This document shows, in pieces, positions 61,336 to 64,000 of a DNA stretch of 64,000 nt. Both the position numbers and the translations under genes were made by a program. The stretch is from Mobula hypostoma (taxonomy: Eukaryota). The stretch spans positions 5,270,001-5,334,000 of the forward strand of contig NC_086108.1 of assembly GCF_963921235.1 (NCBI RefSeq). The letters run 5' to 3'. Positions within the stretch are counted from its first letter, which is position 1. Each line of letters begins with the position of its first letter. Under the pieces are notes generated by a model. That model saw only the letters and a list, made by a program, of their open reading frames with translations, did not search any database and was not told the origin of the DNA.

Positions 61336-62105
61336 TAAGACCATAAGACCATAAGATATAGGAGCAGAAGCAGGCCATTCGGCCCATCAAGTCTGCTCCA
61401 CCATTCAGTCATGGGCTGGTCCAATTCTTCCAGTTATCTCCGCTCCCCTGCCTTCACCCCATACACTTTGACGCCCCGGCTAATCAAGACCTATCTATCT
61501 CTGCTTAAATACACCCAGTGACTTGGCCTCCACAGCCGCTCATGGCAACAAATTCCACAGATTTACCACCCTCTGACTAAAGCAATTTCTCCGCATCTCA
61601 GTTCTAAATGGACATCCTTCAATCCTGAAGTTGTGCCCTCTTGTCCTAGACTCCTCTACCATGGGAAATAACTTTGCCATATCTAATCTGTTCAGGCCTT
61701 TTAACATTTGGAATGTTTCTATGAGATCTCTCCTCATTCTCCTGAACTCCAGGGAATACAGCCCAAGAGCTGCTAGGCGTTCCTCATTCGGTAACCCTTT
61801 CATTCCTGGAATCATTCTCGTGAATCTTCTCTGAACCCTCTCCAATGTCAGTATATCCTTTCTAAAAAAAAGGAGCTCAAAACTGCACACAATACTCCAA
61901 GTGTGGTCTCACGAGTGCCTCATAGAGCCTCAACATCACGTCCCTGCTCTTATATTCTATACCTCTAGAAATGAATGCCAACATTGCATTAGCCTTCTTC
62001 ACCACCGACTCAACCTGGAGGTTAACCTTTAGGGTATCCTGCACAAGGACTCCTAAGTCCCTTTGCATCTCTGCATTTTGAATTCTCTCCCCATCTAAAT
62101 AAGAG
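61336..62105 (-). mobile_element. CR1 LINE 3' end, truncated by the adjacent PLE
   Basis: ORFs 61540-61890(-) and 61877-62215(-): QRDLGVLV..RPHLEYCVQF, LERVQRRFTRMIPG; (TAAGACCA)n tail. Confidence 0.9.
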
Positions 62106-62106
62106 T

Positions 62107-64000
62107 CCGTGTTCGCCATGATGCGGAACTTTTCTTCCGCCGTCTCCGTCTCCGAGCCTACTTCTTCGGCAAGGACTCTTCCACCCCCACCGATGACCCC
62201 TTCTCCCGTCTTCAACCCTCCTCTTCTTCATGGACACCCCGCTCTGGTCTTCTGCCTGCTCTGGATCTCTTTATCGCTAACTACCGACGGGACATCAACC
62301 GTCTCGACTTCCCTGCACCTTGTCCCCATTCCAACCTCACTCCTTCGGAACGCTCTGCTCTCCACTCCCTCCGCACTAATCCTAACCTTATTATTAAACC
62401 CGCCGATAAGGGGGGTGCTGTTGTAGTCTGGCATACTGACCTCTACCTTGCCGAGGCACAGCGACAACTCGCGGATATCTCCTCTTATTTACCCCTCGAT
62501 CATGACCCCACTAAGGAGCACCAGGCCACTGTCTCCCACACCATCACCAACTTTATCCGCTCAGGGGATCTCCCATCCACTGCTACCAACCTTATAGTTC
62601 CCACACCCCGCACTTCCCGTTTCTACCTCCTACCCAAGATCCACAAACCTGCCTGTCCTGGCCGACCTATTGTCTCAGCTTGCTCCTGCCCCACCGAACT
62701 CGTTTCTGCATACCTCGACACTGTTTTATCCCCCCTTGTTCAATCCCTTCCTACTTATGTTCGTGACACTTGTCACGCTCTTAAACTTTTCGATGATTTT
62801 AGGTTCCCTGGCCCCCACCGCTTTATTTTCACCATGGATGTCCAGTCCCTATATACTTCCATCCCCCATCAGGAAGGTCTCAAAGCTCTCCACTTCTTTT
62901 TGGATTCCAGACCTAATCAGTTCCCCTCTACCACCACTCTGCTCCGTCTAGCGGAATTAGTCCTTACTCTTAATAATTTCTCCTTTGGCTCCTCCCACTT
63001 CCTCCAAACTAAAGGTGTAGCTATGGGCACCCGTATGGGTCCTAGCTATGCCTGCCTTTTTGTTGGGTTTGTGGAACAATCTATGTTCCGTGCCTATTCT
63101 GGTATCTGTCCCCCACTTTTCCTTCGCTACATCAACGACTGCATTGGCGCTGCTTCCTGCACGCATGCTGAGCTCGTTGACTTCATTAACTTTGCCTCCA
63201 ACTTTCACCCTGCCCTCAAGTTTACCTGGTCCATTTCCGACACCCCCCTCCCCTTTCTAGATCTTTCTGTCTCTGTTTCTGGAGACAGCTTATCCACTGA
63301 TGTCTACTATAAGCCTGCTGACTCTCACAGCTATCTGGACTATTCCTCTTCTCACCCTGTCTCTTGCAAAAACGCCATCCCCTTCTCGCAATTCCTCCGT
63401 CTCCGCCGCATCTACTCTCAGGATGAGGCTTTTCATTCTAGGACGAGGGAGATGTCTTCCTTTTTTAAAGAGAGGGGCTTCCCTTCCTCCACTATCAACT
63501 CTGCTCTTAAACGCATCTCCCCCATTTCACGTACATCTGCTCTCACTCCATCCTCCCGCCACCCCACTAGGAATAGGGTTTCCCGGTCCTCACCTACCAC
63601 CCCACCAGCCTCCGGGTCCAACATATTATTCTCCGTAACTTCCGCCACCTCCAACGGGATCCCACCACTAAGCACATCTTTCCCTCCCCCCTCCCCCCGC
63701 ATTCCGCAGGGATCGCTCCCTATGCGACTCCCTTGTCCATTCGTCCCCCCCATCCCTCCCAACTGATCTCCCTCCTGGCACTTAACCGTGTAAGCGGAAC
63801 AAGTGCTACACATGCCCTTACACTTCCTCCCTTACCACCATTCAGGGCTCCAAACAGTCCTTCCAGGTGAGGCGACACTTCACCTGTGAGTCAGCTGGGG
63901 TGATATACTGCGTCCGGTGCTCCCGATGTGGCCTTTTATATATTGGCGAGACCCGACGCAGACTGGGAGACTGCTTTGCTGAACATCTATGCTCTGTCCG
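62107..64000 (+). mobile_element. Penelope-like retroelement (Neptune-type), RT plus Cys linker plus GIY-YIG, 5'-truncated and running off the window
   Basis: One open frame from about 62108 (IIKPADKGGAVVV, FYLLPKIHKP..GRPIVS, MDVQSLYTSIP, QTKGVAMGT..GPSYA, LRYINDC, LPFLD, VYYKP); frameshifts near 63580 and 63700; then CKRNKCYTC and VIYCVRCSRCGLLYIGET. Confidence 0.95.

Overview
Eukaryotic, repeat-saturated vertebrate DNA. The repeat families (CR1, Rex1/Babar, V-domain tRNA-SINEs, Neptune-type Penelope elements) suggest a cartilaginous fish, probably a ray; this is inference. The only host gene I can support is a + strand mixed-lineage kinase, best matching MAP3K10/MLK2. Nine GT-AG coding exons (equivalent to exons 2-10; 18747-47435) join into one continuous frame of 2267 nt encoding the kinase C-lobe, leucine zippers, CRIB and C-terminal region. 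Exon 1 (SH3 and kinase N-lobe) is not in the window. The rest is intron, 3' region and mobile DNA: a deleted Tc1 element, a deleted Chapaev3-like DNA transposon, a solo LTR with perfect TSD nested in a Rex1 LINE, many CR1/Rex1/RTE/Tx1/SINE fragments, and Penelope-like elements (PLEs) carrying minimal hammerhead-ribozyme motifs. The most notable signals are fold-back PLE insertions with hammerheads on both arms, several minisatellites built from retroelement termini (including a 57-bp PLE-derived array with a 340-bp higher-order repeat), and an 11-mer repeated in three reading frames inside exon 9. There are no prokaryotic systems or CRISPR arrays. Most ORFs in the supplied track are repeat artefacts. 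TE family names come from motifs recognised by eye, not from database searches, and TE boundaries without a TSD are approximate.
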